Origin: Candidatus Bathyarchaeia archaeon
GTDB lineage: Archaea; Thermoproteota; Bathyarchaeia; Bathyarchaeales; Bathycorpusculaceae
Direction: 5' to 3'
Length of the DNA stretch: 64,000 bases
Assembly (NCBI GenBank): GCA_049512075.1
Contig: JBEKXL010000008.1
Coordinates: 33,836-97,835 of the forward strand
Shown here: piece by piece, positions 40,503 through 49,656 of the stretch
Layout: each line of letters begins with the position of its first letter
How positions within the stretch are numbered: position 1 is the first letter of the stretch
Notes under the pieces: generated by a model
Seen by the model: only the letters and a program-made list of their open reading frames with translations
Database searches by the model: none
What the model was told of the DNA's origin: nothing
Made by a program: the position numbers and the translations under genes

Positions 40503-40871
40503 ATGCGCAGCAGATATCCAGGGAAAAGTGACAGACTGAACGATTTGCTGGAGGAGGTGACTCGTTTCTTCATTTCTAAGGGCTTCTTGGTCTCTGTGAA
40601 CAAGAGCGATTCTGAAAGTGTTATCTCTGTCAAGACTGGCGAATCAGCCGGAACCAAGATTCTGGATGTCTGTTTGGCAGGCGACGCAAGTGGTTCTTTC
40701 GTGGTGACTTTTGCAGGTTCCGAGCGGTCACCTATTATCAGAAACTCTGCTCTCCCGTCTATGCTCGGCGGGGGCTTTTTGACCTTGAAGAGTCAAAGGC
40801 TGGCCGAGATTTTGGAACGGTTAGAGAAGGAGTTCTGGGAAACGGTGGATCGGTTTATGGTTTCTTCTTAG
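40503..40871 (+). CDS. Hypothetical protein
   Basis: 122-aa ORF downstream of a TTATAT box near 40466. Confidence 0.7.
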   Translation: MRSRYPGKSDRLNDLLEEVTRFFISKGFLVSVNKSDSESVISVKTGESAGTKILDVCLAGDASGSFVVTFAGSERSPIIRNSALPSMLGGGFLTLKSQRLAEILERLEKEFWETVDRFMVSS

Positions 40872-41177
40872 CCTACACGTCTCAGCCTTGGATTGACATC
40901 TCGTCAGTGCGTATCCTATCAGAGCGAACATACGTGAACATACCGATGCATACTGCGGGAGGAGCTGGTTAGAATCGTTGGGCGGAGACACGTTTTGCCA
41001 CGTTGCCCGCGGTTCCATAATCATGCAGCAAGCTTCACGACCACACGCATCCGTCGGCCGGGGGCCCATCCAGCTTAATGCAGTTTCTGACAAGCAGGAA
41101 CGTCATCGGTCCCCAGCGCACCAAGACTTAAATAAACATTGTTTCTCAATCTATTTGAGGCTGAAATTCTGAGCCCG

Positions 41178-41654
41178 ATGGGAGCAGGCCGTGTCATACT
41201 GTTCATCGCGGGAGTAGTCGAGTTCCTCCTCTCTGGCATGATGTTCCTGATGGCGAACTTTGGGCTGGCGGGCTATCTGATCCTGGCATATATGCCCACC
41301 GAACAGGGAGCAACTTATGCGATACAGCTGTACATGGGGATTTTGGCCGTTGTAGCATTCATATTCGGCCTCGCCGGAGCTGCAAGCGCGATTGAACGGT
41401 GGAGTCTACTCCTGTCAGTCTTTGGAGGATCGTTAATTGCTCTTTGGGGTCTCTTGCAGACATGGTATACGCTAACCTGGCTCACTGACAGGGGGGAAAT
41501 CCAAATAGGCGTGACAGAGGGCACCATTGCCGTTTTCTTTTCTTTACTTGTCATCACGTTGGTTGTCGCATCGAAAGAACAATTCAGAATACCCCTGTTC
41601 CGAACCGGACGCACGTGGTTTTCTGATGAAAACAGTTCTCAGCATGCGCCGTAA
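41178..41654 (+). CDS. Four-TM membrane protein
   Basis: Four hydrophobic segments; probable ATG 41178. Confidence 0.72.
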   Translation: MGAGRVILFIAGVVEFLLSGMMFLMANFGLAGYLILAYMPTEQGATYAIQLYMGILAVVAFIFGLAGAASAIERWSLLLSVFGGSLIALWGLLQTWYTLTWLTDRGEIQIGVTEGTIAVFFSLLVITLVVASKEQFRIPLFRTGRTWFSDENSSQHAP

Positions 41655-42212
41655 GCGCGTGTGTGTTCCTAACCGGATGTGAACAAGAAGGATCTGGCGG
41701 ACCAGACGATGGCATGGGAAAGAAGAGGTCCTATCAGGGTTGAGGCGTGAAGCCGTACGTTATTTGTGAGGGTTGATGCCTCGTGTTTCCTAAATGCGGA
41801 GTGCCTTCTTGACGTAGTGCAAGAGAGCATCGATGATGGGATGAGCTCGTATTGGTAAGTGGCACGCCTTCTTGCAGGCAAGGAAAGCAGCCCTGGAAGG
41901 GTGATTTAGGTTTATAAGGAAAGCTCAGTCAGTTCACACGGTAGATCGTGAAGATAGTGTCTATTCCTTCTATGGCGTTCGGGAAAGGTTTTCGGATTCA
42001 TACCTGTTTCTGGCCCCCTATGAAGTGTCCGCGTCAACAGGCAGGCCGTACCCATAAAACAAGGCGAAGTTTAAACGCGCTGCCATTATGCCTATGAATC
42101 AAACACACGAATGCGAGGAACGGCATTGTCAGGAGTTGGCTGCGTCAGGAACGCTGCTGTTTGCCTCAATGTTTATTTGTTAGCAAATCCATTTTGTGTG
42201 TTGGTTGTTAAT

Positions 42213-42986
42213 GTGAAGAAAGAGTGGTTTGGTCTGGGGTTAATCTTAATAGTTGCAGGTTTTGCGCTCCTGTCCTTCTCCAACGCTGTTGTTTACAGGG
42301 ACAATTACTTGGTACAGGGCAGTCTTGACAACACAGTCTATGAACAGGCGGGCCTCACGCCTAGGGTGAGTGTTTCAGGCCATTTTGATGCCGGTCAACG
42401 TCTCTTCTTCAACTTCACGCATGGCAATTTTTGGGGCGTTCAGTATGACATTCAAAACGGGGGGCTTGAGCCAGCAAACACAGAGTTTGCTCCTGGCACA
42501 GCTATTGAACCGTATAAGACGATAGATTTCAACCTCTACACTCCTTCGGGTGACGTGGTTTCGACCGAGGTTTACCTCGTTGCAGGAACGGCACCGTTCG
42601 CCGTGGTTTATTTTAACCAAAGCGCTGATTTTGTCCCGCTTCTAGGCGGGAACCTGACATTCGGTAGCGTGGGGATGGAGGGCACGATAGATCGCACTGG
42701 CAACTACACCATAGTCGCAACTACGATCCAGCCACATGTTCGCAAAGACGCTCAAAACACTTATGACGTTGTTGCAAATAACATAACTGGAAAAGGAGCC
42801 GTGCAGGCTGATCCGCCGCTGACAATGAATTTGTGGAGCATCGATGCTGTCGAAACAAAGCCGTACCTCGTATCATTTGCAACGGTGGGTGCGGTGATAC
42901 TGGTCCCTGGAGTAATCTCCAGCGTTTGGGCAACTAGGCCCAAAAGAAGACGAGCACGCGACCGATTGAACAAGACGCGTCAATGA
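42213..42986 (+). CDS. Membrane protein with an extracellular domain between two TM helices
   Basis: N-terminal TM, beta-rich middle, C-terminal TM + KRRRAR; probable GTG 42213. Confidence 0.75.
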   Translation: MKKEWFGLGLILIVAGFALLSFSNAVVYRDNYLVQGSLDNTVYEQAGLTPRVSVSGHFDAGQRLFFNFTHGNFWGVQYDIQNGGLEPANTEFAPGTAIEPYKTIDFNLYTPSGDVVSTEVYLVAGTAPFAVVYFNQSADFVPLLGGNLTFGSVGMEGTIDRTGNYTIVATTIQPHVRKDAQNTYDVVANNITGKGAVQADPPLTMNLWSIDAVETKPYLVSFATVGAVILVPGVISSVWATRPKRRRARDRLNKTRQ

Positions 42987-43234
42987 AAAGCAAACTATAG
43001 TGTTGTTTCAAGCCGTTACTTCAAATGCTCGTAGCACACGCTCCCAAGCAATCTTGCGGTGTTCATCCATATCAGTGTGGTCTGAGAGGTCAATGTCCAA
43101 AAGACTAGCGCGCGCCAAAGGCTTGAGTCAACGTTGAATCCGTTTTCAGCCTTCTCCCGGCTTTCATCCCAACCGTTGAACACGAGCACAAACGTTGCAG
43201 CGCGCAGCGTTTGCGCCACACGTACAAATGTAGT

Positions 43235-44755
43235 TTATCTTTCTCGAAGCCTCGGGTTGAGTATCTCGTCCAGCGCAAATCCTATCAGTATGAACGAGAG
43301 CGACAACAACGCGATGCAGACCCCGGGCGGAATTGTCCAATACCAGGTGGCGAAGGCTCCCGTCGCTACTTGGCCTGAATCCTCATACTGGTACAGTATT
43401 CTTCCCCAAGACATGACATCCTGAGGTCCTAGTCCGAGAAAGCTCAGGGCAGCTTCCGTAACGATTGCACCCGGAACCGACATTGCCAGCGTGATGTAGA
43501 TTAATGGAAACACGTTCGGAATTAGATGTTTGCGGATTATGTAGAATCGGCCTCCGCCAGCCGATTTCACGGCTTCGATGAATGAGCGTTCCTTGAGGCT
43601 TAGAATTGCTGAGCGGACGGTTCTGGCAAAACCCATCCAGCCTAGGAAGCCGATGACGATTATTAAGTTGAGCAGACTTTGGCCTAAGACGAATATGAGG
43701 ACTATTATCAGGGGCAAGGTTGGAATAACCAGGAGCATATCAGTTATCCTCATTAGAACTTCATCTGTGGCGCCGCCGATATATCCAGCTATTAGCCCGA
43801 TGATGAGCCCCAGTCCCACTGAGACCACAGCCGTGACTATCCCGAGGACGAATGATATCTGCGTCCCAGCGATAAGCTGCGTGAACAGGTCTCTTGCCAG
43901 GTTGTCCGAACCAAGCAGACCGAATGAGTTGCCGTAGACGAGAAGATTCACGTTACCTAGGAGGACTGTTGGGTTTCCAGCGGCAGTTGCGTTTCCCGAA
44001 AATTGAATAGTAATCGCAAAGGTGTACGGTCCAGGGGCTGAGAATATTATCCCATCGGGATCCGAACCGTAATCCCGATAAAGTTCGGTATTAAGCGAGG
44101 AGATTTCATAGTAGGGCACCCGAGTGAAGAGCGTGTGTGTCGTGGGGAGGGTCACGGGCGTCGTCGCAGGGAAGCTCTTCGTGCCTGCCGCGATAGTGTG
44201 TAGGAAATACGCGTACATTGTTAATGTGCCCTGTTGACCAGTCTGATTTTGCGTCTCGACACTATAAGACAATTCGGTCGCGTACTCTGGTGGCGGCATG
44301 TTATACGGATAGTAAAACTGCTGTGAAAATGTAACGTTTCCCGCCTGCGTAAAATTCACTTGTACGCAGCCCTTGACGTCGAACCCGGCTTCAGGGTTGT
44401 AGCTGACCTTGATTCCACTGCTCGTGGTTACATTTGTCCATAATCTCAACCCGCTCGGATCAGAAAACTTCGCGTCGGCAGTAGCGTAGACATTGTTTGT
44501 GTAACCTGGGTTGCCCGTGAAGTCCCTGTACCATCCCGGGTATGCCGACACTATTGCCAGGGGCATTCTTCCGACTGAGACAGAACCAGGATGTATAGGG
44601 TCGTCAGTTGCGAAAAGGGGACCGACTAATGCTAGAAACGCGAAGAATAGCAGCAGTATTACACCCGCAGTTGCTTTTTTGTTTTTCAATATCTTCCTCA
44701 TGAGGTCTCGGAAACCTTTGAGCTGCAGAATAACTTTTTGCCATCGCAAAGACAT
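43235..44755 (-). CDS. oppC: Oligopeptide ABC permease (OppC/DppC) with large extracellular insertion
   Basis: LGSDNLARD, FIEAVKSAGG, EAALSFLGLG, DEILNPR. Confidence 0.93.
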   Translation of the reverse strand: MSLRWQKVILQLKGFRDLMRKILKNKKATAGVILLLFFAFLALVGPLFATDDPIHPGSVSVGRMPLAIVSAYPGWYRDFTGNPGYTNNVYATADAKFSDPSGLRLWTNVTTSSGIKVSYNPEAGFDVKGCVQVNFTQAGNVTFSQQFYYPYNMPPPEYATELSYSVETQNQTGQQGTLTMYAYFLHTIAAGTKSFPATTPVTLPTTHTLFTRVPYYEISSLNTELYRDYGSDPDGIIFSAPGPYTFAITIQFSGNATAAGNPTVLLGNVNLLVYGNSFGLLGSDNLARDLFTQLIAGTQISFVLGIVTAVVSVGLGLIIGLIAGYIGGATDEVLMRITDMLLVIPTLPLIIVLIFVLGQSLLNLIIVIGFLGWMGFARTVRSAILSLKERSFIEAVKSAGGGRFYIIRKHLIPNVFPLIYITLAMSVPGAIVTEAALSFLGLGPQDVMSWGRILYQYEDSGQVATGAFATWYWTIPPGVCIALLSLSFILIGFALDEILNPRLRER

Positions 44756-44759
44756 GTTA

Positions 44760-45737
44760 TCACCCGTACCTAATGCGTGGATCAAGCAGCCCATAGGCCA
44801 GGTCTGCTACAAGGTTCGCTATGATGACGCACAACGCTATTATGTAAAAAATGGCTTGCATGACTGGGACTTCTCGGAGGCCGATGGCCTGATATATCAG
44901 CATCCCCAGGCCATTGTATACGAAGACGGTCTCTGTTATTATGGCGCCTGAAAGCATAAAACCGAATTGTAAGGCTACGTTCGTGATTATTGGAAGCGAC
45001 GCGTTCTTCAAGATGTGCCTGAAAAGCACATTTCTCTCCTTCACACCTTTTGCTCTCGCGGTGAGTACATAGTCTTCAGTCATTGTTTCCAGAACGCATG
45101 CCCTTGTGAGCAGTAGGAAGCCCCCGTAAGTGAAGAGGAAAAGAACCAGACCGGGAAGAACAAGATATTTCAGTCTGTCAAGCCAATATGGGATAGTGGC
45201 TTGTATAGGTGGAAGCGTTATCCATCCCTGCACGGGGAACCAGCCTAGCCCGAACCCGAAGATGCTTTGCAGCACCAACGCCATCCAGAAAGTGGGAAGC
45301 GAGAACGTTGCAAGAGACGTTAAAATTGCTACGCTGTCGAAGAGTTTTCCTCTTTCATGAGCTGCGTACGCGCCCAGAAGGATGCCCACTATGACCGCAA
45401 GAATGTCTGCGGAGCCTAGTAGCAGTATAGTGTTCATCAGCCTGTCCAGTATCAGTTTGGACACTTGCTGCGAACCCATCTGCAAACTAGCTTGACCGAA
45501 GTTAAACGTAGACATACTTACTACGTACTTAGGGTACGATTTATACCAAGGCTGGCCGATTCCGAAGGCGTTGATGAGCTTTTGTACTTCTTCCTTTGTT
45601 ATTCTGGGGTTGTGTATGTAGGCCTCAAGTTGGTTTCCAGGAATCGCCTCAAAAAGAAAAAAATTAATCGTAATCACGCCGAATATTAGGATTACCGTGT
45701 AGATTATTCGCTTAATCAGATATCCTCTTAGGCCCAT
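44760..45737 (-). CDS. oppB: Oligopeptide ABC permease (OppB/DppB)
   Basis: PTFW, DYVLTARAKG, GAIITETVF, LDPRIR. Confidence 0.95.
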   Translation of the reverse strand: MGLRGYLIKRIIYTVILIFGVITINFFLFEAIPGNQLEAYIHNPRITKEEVQKLINAFGIGQPWYKSYPKYVVSMSTFNFGQASLQMGSQQVSKLILDRLMNTILLLGSADILAVIVGILLGAYAAHERGKLFDSVAILTSLATFSLPTFWMALVLQSIFGFGLGWFPVQGWITLPPIQATIPYWLDRLKYLVLPGLVLFLFTYGGFLLLTRACVLETMTEDYVLTARAKGVKERNVLFRHILKNASLPIITNVALQFGFMLSGAIITETVFVYNGLGMLIYQAIGLREVPVMQAIFYIIALCVIIANLVADLAYGLLDPRIRYG

Positions 45738-45815
45738 TTTCTCTCGTAACTACCGTCCCCTACAATATATATAAGCTTTAGCCTGAGCACAATTCATGAA
45801 TTGCTGATTGTAGCA

Positions 45816-45840
45816 AGACAAAAAAAAATAGGGGGATTGA
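45816..45840 (-). terminator. Oligo-T terminator after the substrate-binding gene
   Basis: On the minus strand, a C tract followed by a T run and GTC just after the stop; a similar tract sits at 51784-51805. Confidence 0.55.
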
Positions 45841-45853
45841 CGTTTTTGCGGGT

Positions 45854-48307
45854 TTATGGCCAGCCGTTGGCTGCAGCGTAGGCCAATTCCGAAGCTGGAA
45901 TAGGCCCTACGGCAGGTAGGTAGGTTGGTATGTTGGTAGTGTTGCCCCAGAACCATCCGTAGTGTAGGGCCAGCGTGACCAGGTCTGACAGGCCGACGAT
46001 GCCTGCGGGTGCAGCTAGGTCAGCTCCTGGTTGCCAGTAGTGGGTTCCTATTGGCGAGATTGGCACTGCGCTAGGTGGTGTTCCGGAATATCCGTACGCG
46101 TTGGCAAGCATTGTCAAGTCCGCTAAGCCTATCTTGTAGTATCCGCCCGACGGTTGTTGAGCCTGAGTAGTGTTGGTCCAAGTGTACTTGAAGGATATTT
46201 CGCCTGGCACTGGATTTACCGGGAAGGCCGGGTTGCGGTCGAGGGTCAATCCAGCACCTGCGACGAACCCTCCGGAACTTGTGGTGCCTGGTCGGTACGT
46301 GAATGGGCCTGTGCCAACCCACGTGATTTCCATTCCGTGGTTCGCGTCGACGAGCGCCGCCTGGGTGAATGGTGCTCCACCCAAGACGTTGCCTGGGGCT
46401 GATGCCTGACCTGGCCATAGGCCGTGTAGACCGTCTTTCGATGTGCCTGCGTTAGCATCTGCAACGCTGCTCGGCTGTATCCACTTGTATACGTGTTCGG
46501 GTACAAGTTCATAGACAGGCATGTACAGGTTCAGCCAGCTCGCTGTGCTGACCCAGACAGAGCAGGTCCATTGGTCCCATCTCTGGAAGTAGGGTTTGTA
46601 GCCGTTTGTTTGGTTGACCATGAACACCATTGCCGCGTTGGTCCAGGAGTCGCCGTAGAACGCGTTTATGTATATGGTGTAGTTGAGGTCCGTAACATCG
46701 AAGGGTACGCCGTCGCTCCAGTTGAAGTCGTGCCTGAAGTAGTAGGTGACGTTTGAGTCGCCCACCAGTCCAGTGGTTGGGTCGGTGATGGTTTCCATCT
46801 TCCAAGAGTATAGCATCCACGGCAGGTCGCTGCCCGATGGGAAGCTGGTGATTGCGCTGCCTGGCACGATGTCGTTGTACGGGTTAGCAGCCATTGGATA
46901 TGTGAACATTTGATCCATTTCTTGGAAGTCGAAGACCTCGTCGCTGAAGATTGGGTTTATCATGTCTGGCTGGTTGTAAACGCCGAAGTAGATTACGTTG
47001 CTTTCGGGTGTACCCGATACGGGACCAGTGTACGTTACCGTGTTGTTCTTTCTAGCGTTCTGTGTGACCCAGTTCAAGAGTTGGTTTTGGCCTTGTGTGC
47101 CGTAGCCCAGCTCGTTGATCATGCCCACCATGCCTGTCTTGTAGGCGCAGTAGGTTGCCGGACAGTAACCGGGCACAAAGTAAGACTCCATGACCAAGTT
47201 GTACTGAACAGCCTTCTGGTCAAGGTCGAATTGGGCCGGAGTCGCGTCTGAAAAGGCCGCGAACGCATAGTGGGTCGTGTTTCCGTCGTCAACCATGTAG
47301 GGGTTGGGACCTCCGGAGTAGATGCCTGCGGGTGTGAGCTCGCTGTACCACCAGTTTGGCGGCGAGCCAAAGCTGTAGCCCAAGGTGGCCCAGTCGTATA
47401 GCTGTGCGTCCAGCACGTAGGGCCTCAAGGCTGTTAGGGTGGCTTTGAGGTTTTCGGTGGAGGGAATGCCTATCTTTGTGAGTTCCGCCTGGAACATGTC
47501 ACCTAGGTCTTTTCGCGCGTCCGCGCTTCTGACGTACGCGTTCATGGTGAGTATAGGCTGGTTGGCGCGTGCAGCGTTGGCAGTGGCTTGAGGGTCGCCT
47601 CCGCCCCATTGACCGTTGGGGTCATTGCCGGAGTACACGACACCGTTAATTGTGCCCTTGTAGGTTGCCATGTTGCCGTTGGTGACATTGCCGATGACGT
47701 TCTGAAGTGTTGGGTAGATGGCGTGGTTGTACCAGCCGCCCGTGTAGAGGATCTGGATGGCTTTAGTCTCGTTGTATTCCCATGGGTAGTTGGGGTAAGA
47801 AACGGCTGTGTTCACGTACTGAAGCATGAGCGGGGTAGGAACCTGGGTGTCGCTTCTCGTGGCGAAACCCTGAAGGGTTGGGCCGGCGATGACGCCTGGC
47901 TTGTTCACGAGGCAGTTGAGCGCGTTCCTGAAGTCGGTGTAGTTCATGTAGCTTCTCTGCCCGTTGCCCACGAAACCGGCGCCCTCATGGCCCAGGTTCG
48001 TCCAGTTGTTGTTGAAGGCTATCTCAAACTCGCCCGCTTCAACGAGCGGCTCCACGGTGATGGCCGTGTTGCTTATGGCCGTAGTGTATTCAGCTTTTGT
48101 AAGTGGCCAACCCATGATGTCTACGCCGCCGGCACTGTCTGCCAGCAGCAGGGACGTGAACAGAGAGTCTTGACCGTCAAAATACCTGTACTGTATCGTG
48201 TTCATGTGTGTTATCGGTGGAATTGCTGCATTGACACGTGAAATCGGTGCGAAAATCATTATTGAAAGGACAATGCATGCTACAATAGCTAATATTTTCA
48301 TGTTCAT
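45854..48307 (-). CDS. oppA: Family-5 ABC substrate-binding protein with C-terminal dockerin-like module
   Basis: Signal peptide; DFRNALNCLVNK, WSDGVPF, VGTGPF, LDRNP; C-terminal KIGLADLTMLANAYG...ADLAAPAGIVGLSDLVTLALHYG. Confidence 0.88.
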   Translation of the reverse strand: MNMKILAIVACIVLSIMIFAPISRVNAAIPPITHMNTIQYRYFDGQDSLFTSLLLADSAGGVDIMGWPLTKAEYTTAISNTAITVEPLVEAGEFEIAFNNNWTNLGHEGAGFVGNGQRSYMNYTDFRNALNCLVNKPGVIAGPTLQGFATRSDTQVPTPLMLQYVNTAVSYPNYPWEYNETKAIQILYTGGWYNHAIYPTLQNVIGNVTNGNMATYKGTINGVVYSGNDPNGQWGGGDPQATANAARANQPILTMNAYVRSADARKDLGDMFQAELTKIGIPSTENLKATLTALRPYVLDAQLYDWATLGYSFGSPPNWWYSELTPAGIYSGGPNPYMVDDGNTTHYAFAAFSDATPAQFDLDQKAVQYNLVMESYFVPGYCPATYCAYKTGMVGMINELGYGTQGQNQLLNWVTQNARKNNTVTYTGPVSGTPESNVIYFGVYNQPDMINPIFSDEVFDFQEMDQMFTYPMAANPYNDIVPGSAITSFPSGSDLPWMLYSWKMETITDPTTGLVGDSNVTYYFRHDFNWSDGVPFDVTDLNYTIYINAFYGDSWTNAAMVFMVNQTNGYKPYFQRWDQWTCSVWVSTASWLNLYMPVYELVPEHVYKWIQPSSVADANAGTSKDGLHGLWPGQASAPGNVLGGAPFTQAALVDANHGMEITWVGTGPFTYRPGTTSSGGFVAGAGLTLDRNPAFPVNPVPGEISFKYTWTNTTQAQQPSGGYYKIGLADLTMLANAYGYSGTPPSAVPISPIGTHYWQPGADLAAPAGIVGLSDLVTLALHYGWFWGNTTNIPTYLPAVGPIPASELAYAAANGWP

Positions 48308-48360
48308 TTCTCTTTTCTCCCTTTATTATATTTTCTGCAGTAGGAACGTGTGTTTCTGCA

Positions 48361-48389
48361 AATATAAGGCTTACTGAAACATTGTTCCA
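48361..48389 (-). promoter_or_regulatory. Operator plus TATA of oppA
   Basis: Minus strand reads TGGAACA-A-TGTTTCA-GTAAGCC-TTATATT. Confidence 0.7.
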
Positions 48390-48430
48390 TGTGCTGATCT
48401 GCTGCCGCTCCGCGCTGTTCGAACAAAAAG

Positions 48431-49420
48431 CTAAATCGGAGGTGGTTCAGTAGCCCGTTTTAGGCGGCCTCTCACGTTCAACACTATTACGACTGCGACG
48501 ATGAACGCTATGACACCTGCCAAAGCGTAAAACACGTAGATACCGTATCCGTGCAGGCTTGGTTGAACTATCACGAGCATGGCAGGGCTGTTGCGGGTTT
48601 TTCCGGCAGTGGTGTAGGTGATTTGGAATTCGAAGGGGCCGCTCTCGGTCGGCGTCCACTGGTACGAGAAATAGCCTGTGCTGTTCGCCGTGAGCGATGC
48701 CAAATCAGACCAGTTGCCACCCTCCTTGGAGTAAACGAGGTCAACGCTGGTTATGTTAAAGGATGAAGAACCCGAAATCTTTCCGGTGATCATGACAGAG
48801 TCACCGACAGTAATCAGAGTTTGAGAGGCCACCAGTGAAATCGGTGAACCATAAAAGCCGTCCGCGGCGAGACTCGGAACGATCTCTATGGCGTTAAGAT
48901 TCGAATCCAGAGTTAAAAAATACGTTCCTGACCCACCTGATCCCTCCGCGTAGGAAAGAAGATGAAAGTTTGAGGAGGCTTCCGAAAGAACCGTGAAAGT
49001 CACGTTCAGCAAGATACCGCTCCCGCTGGCTTCAAGATAACCTCCCCTGCTAGCATCGAAAAATGTTTCCGAGGACGAGTAGTTAACTCCCCCCAAGACG
49101 TCATTTATCATTCCCTGTGCAATGTTTGATATTGTCGGTCCAACAGAGGGCATGAAAGGCCCCTCCACGACTTTGGTGACGTTCAGCACCAGGGCGTCGT
49201 ACGTGAACTCTACTTGAGCTGCGTAAATCCCGGTTGCATTATCAACCCTCAAATAGACTGTGAAATTGTCGCCGACGTTGAGGCTTTCATATTGCTGCGG
49301 TTCAAAACTCACGGTAGGTGTGCCGGTTTGGCTTTGGGCTTGAACATGGAGGCTTTGCGGCAAAAAAACCAAACCCAACACTAGCATGATTAGGAACAGG
49401 ACGGATTTAGTCTTGCTCAT
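48431..49420 (-). CDS. Membrane-anchored cohesin + Ig-like protein
   Basis: Signal peptide; VGDNFTVYLRV...QVEFTYDALVLNV..VVEGPF...GSGILLNVTF; C-terminal TM + RGRLKR. Confidence 0.85.
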   Translation of the reverse strand: MSKTKSVLFLIMLVLGLVFLPQSLHVQAQSQTGTPTVSFEPQQYESLNVGDNFTVYLRVDNATGIYAAQVEFTYDALVLNVTKVVEGPFMPSVGPTISNIAQGMINDVLGGVNYSSSETFFDASRGGYLEASGSGILLNVTFTVLSEASSNFHLLSYAEGSGGSGTYFLTLDSNLNAIEIVPSLAADGFYGSPISLVASQTLITVGDSVMITGKISGSSSFNITSVDLVYSKEGGNWSDLASLTANSTGYFSYQWTPTESGPFEFQITYTTAGKTRNSPAMLVIVQPSLHGYGIYVFYALAGVIAFIVAVVIVLNVRGRLKRATEPPPI

Positions 49421-49566
49421 CGCGCTGCATCCTTCAAGTTTCGAAGCTAAATTTTACACGAAGAATGTAAATATAAGCTTTTGCGCGAACACGCAAAGTT
49501 TCCAACTCTAAACATTTCGCAGCAAAAGAGTCGGCATCACCCGCATGAAACGTTGTGCTTAAAGAG

Positions 49567-49594
49567 TGGAAGATAGTTCCAGAAACCTTTAAAT
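49567..49594 (+). promoter_or_regulatory. Operator plus BRE/TATA
   Basis: TGGAAGA-T-AGTTCCA-GAAACC-TTTAAAT. Confidence 0.7.
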
Positions 49595-49656
49595 CAACAA
49601 CGCCGCTTAGTATTAAACGCTAAAAAACCAAGAAGGGAGAAGAAGAGGAGATAAAG

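Noticed and set aside
41860-42075. SRP RNA or RNase P RNA (CAGG...AGCAG and GGAAAG motifs)
   Set aside because: The required helices could not be formed and the region lacks the expected GC-rich stems.
47588-48241. 217-aa + strand ORF
   Set aside because: Antisense shadow caused by the biased codon usage of oppA.
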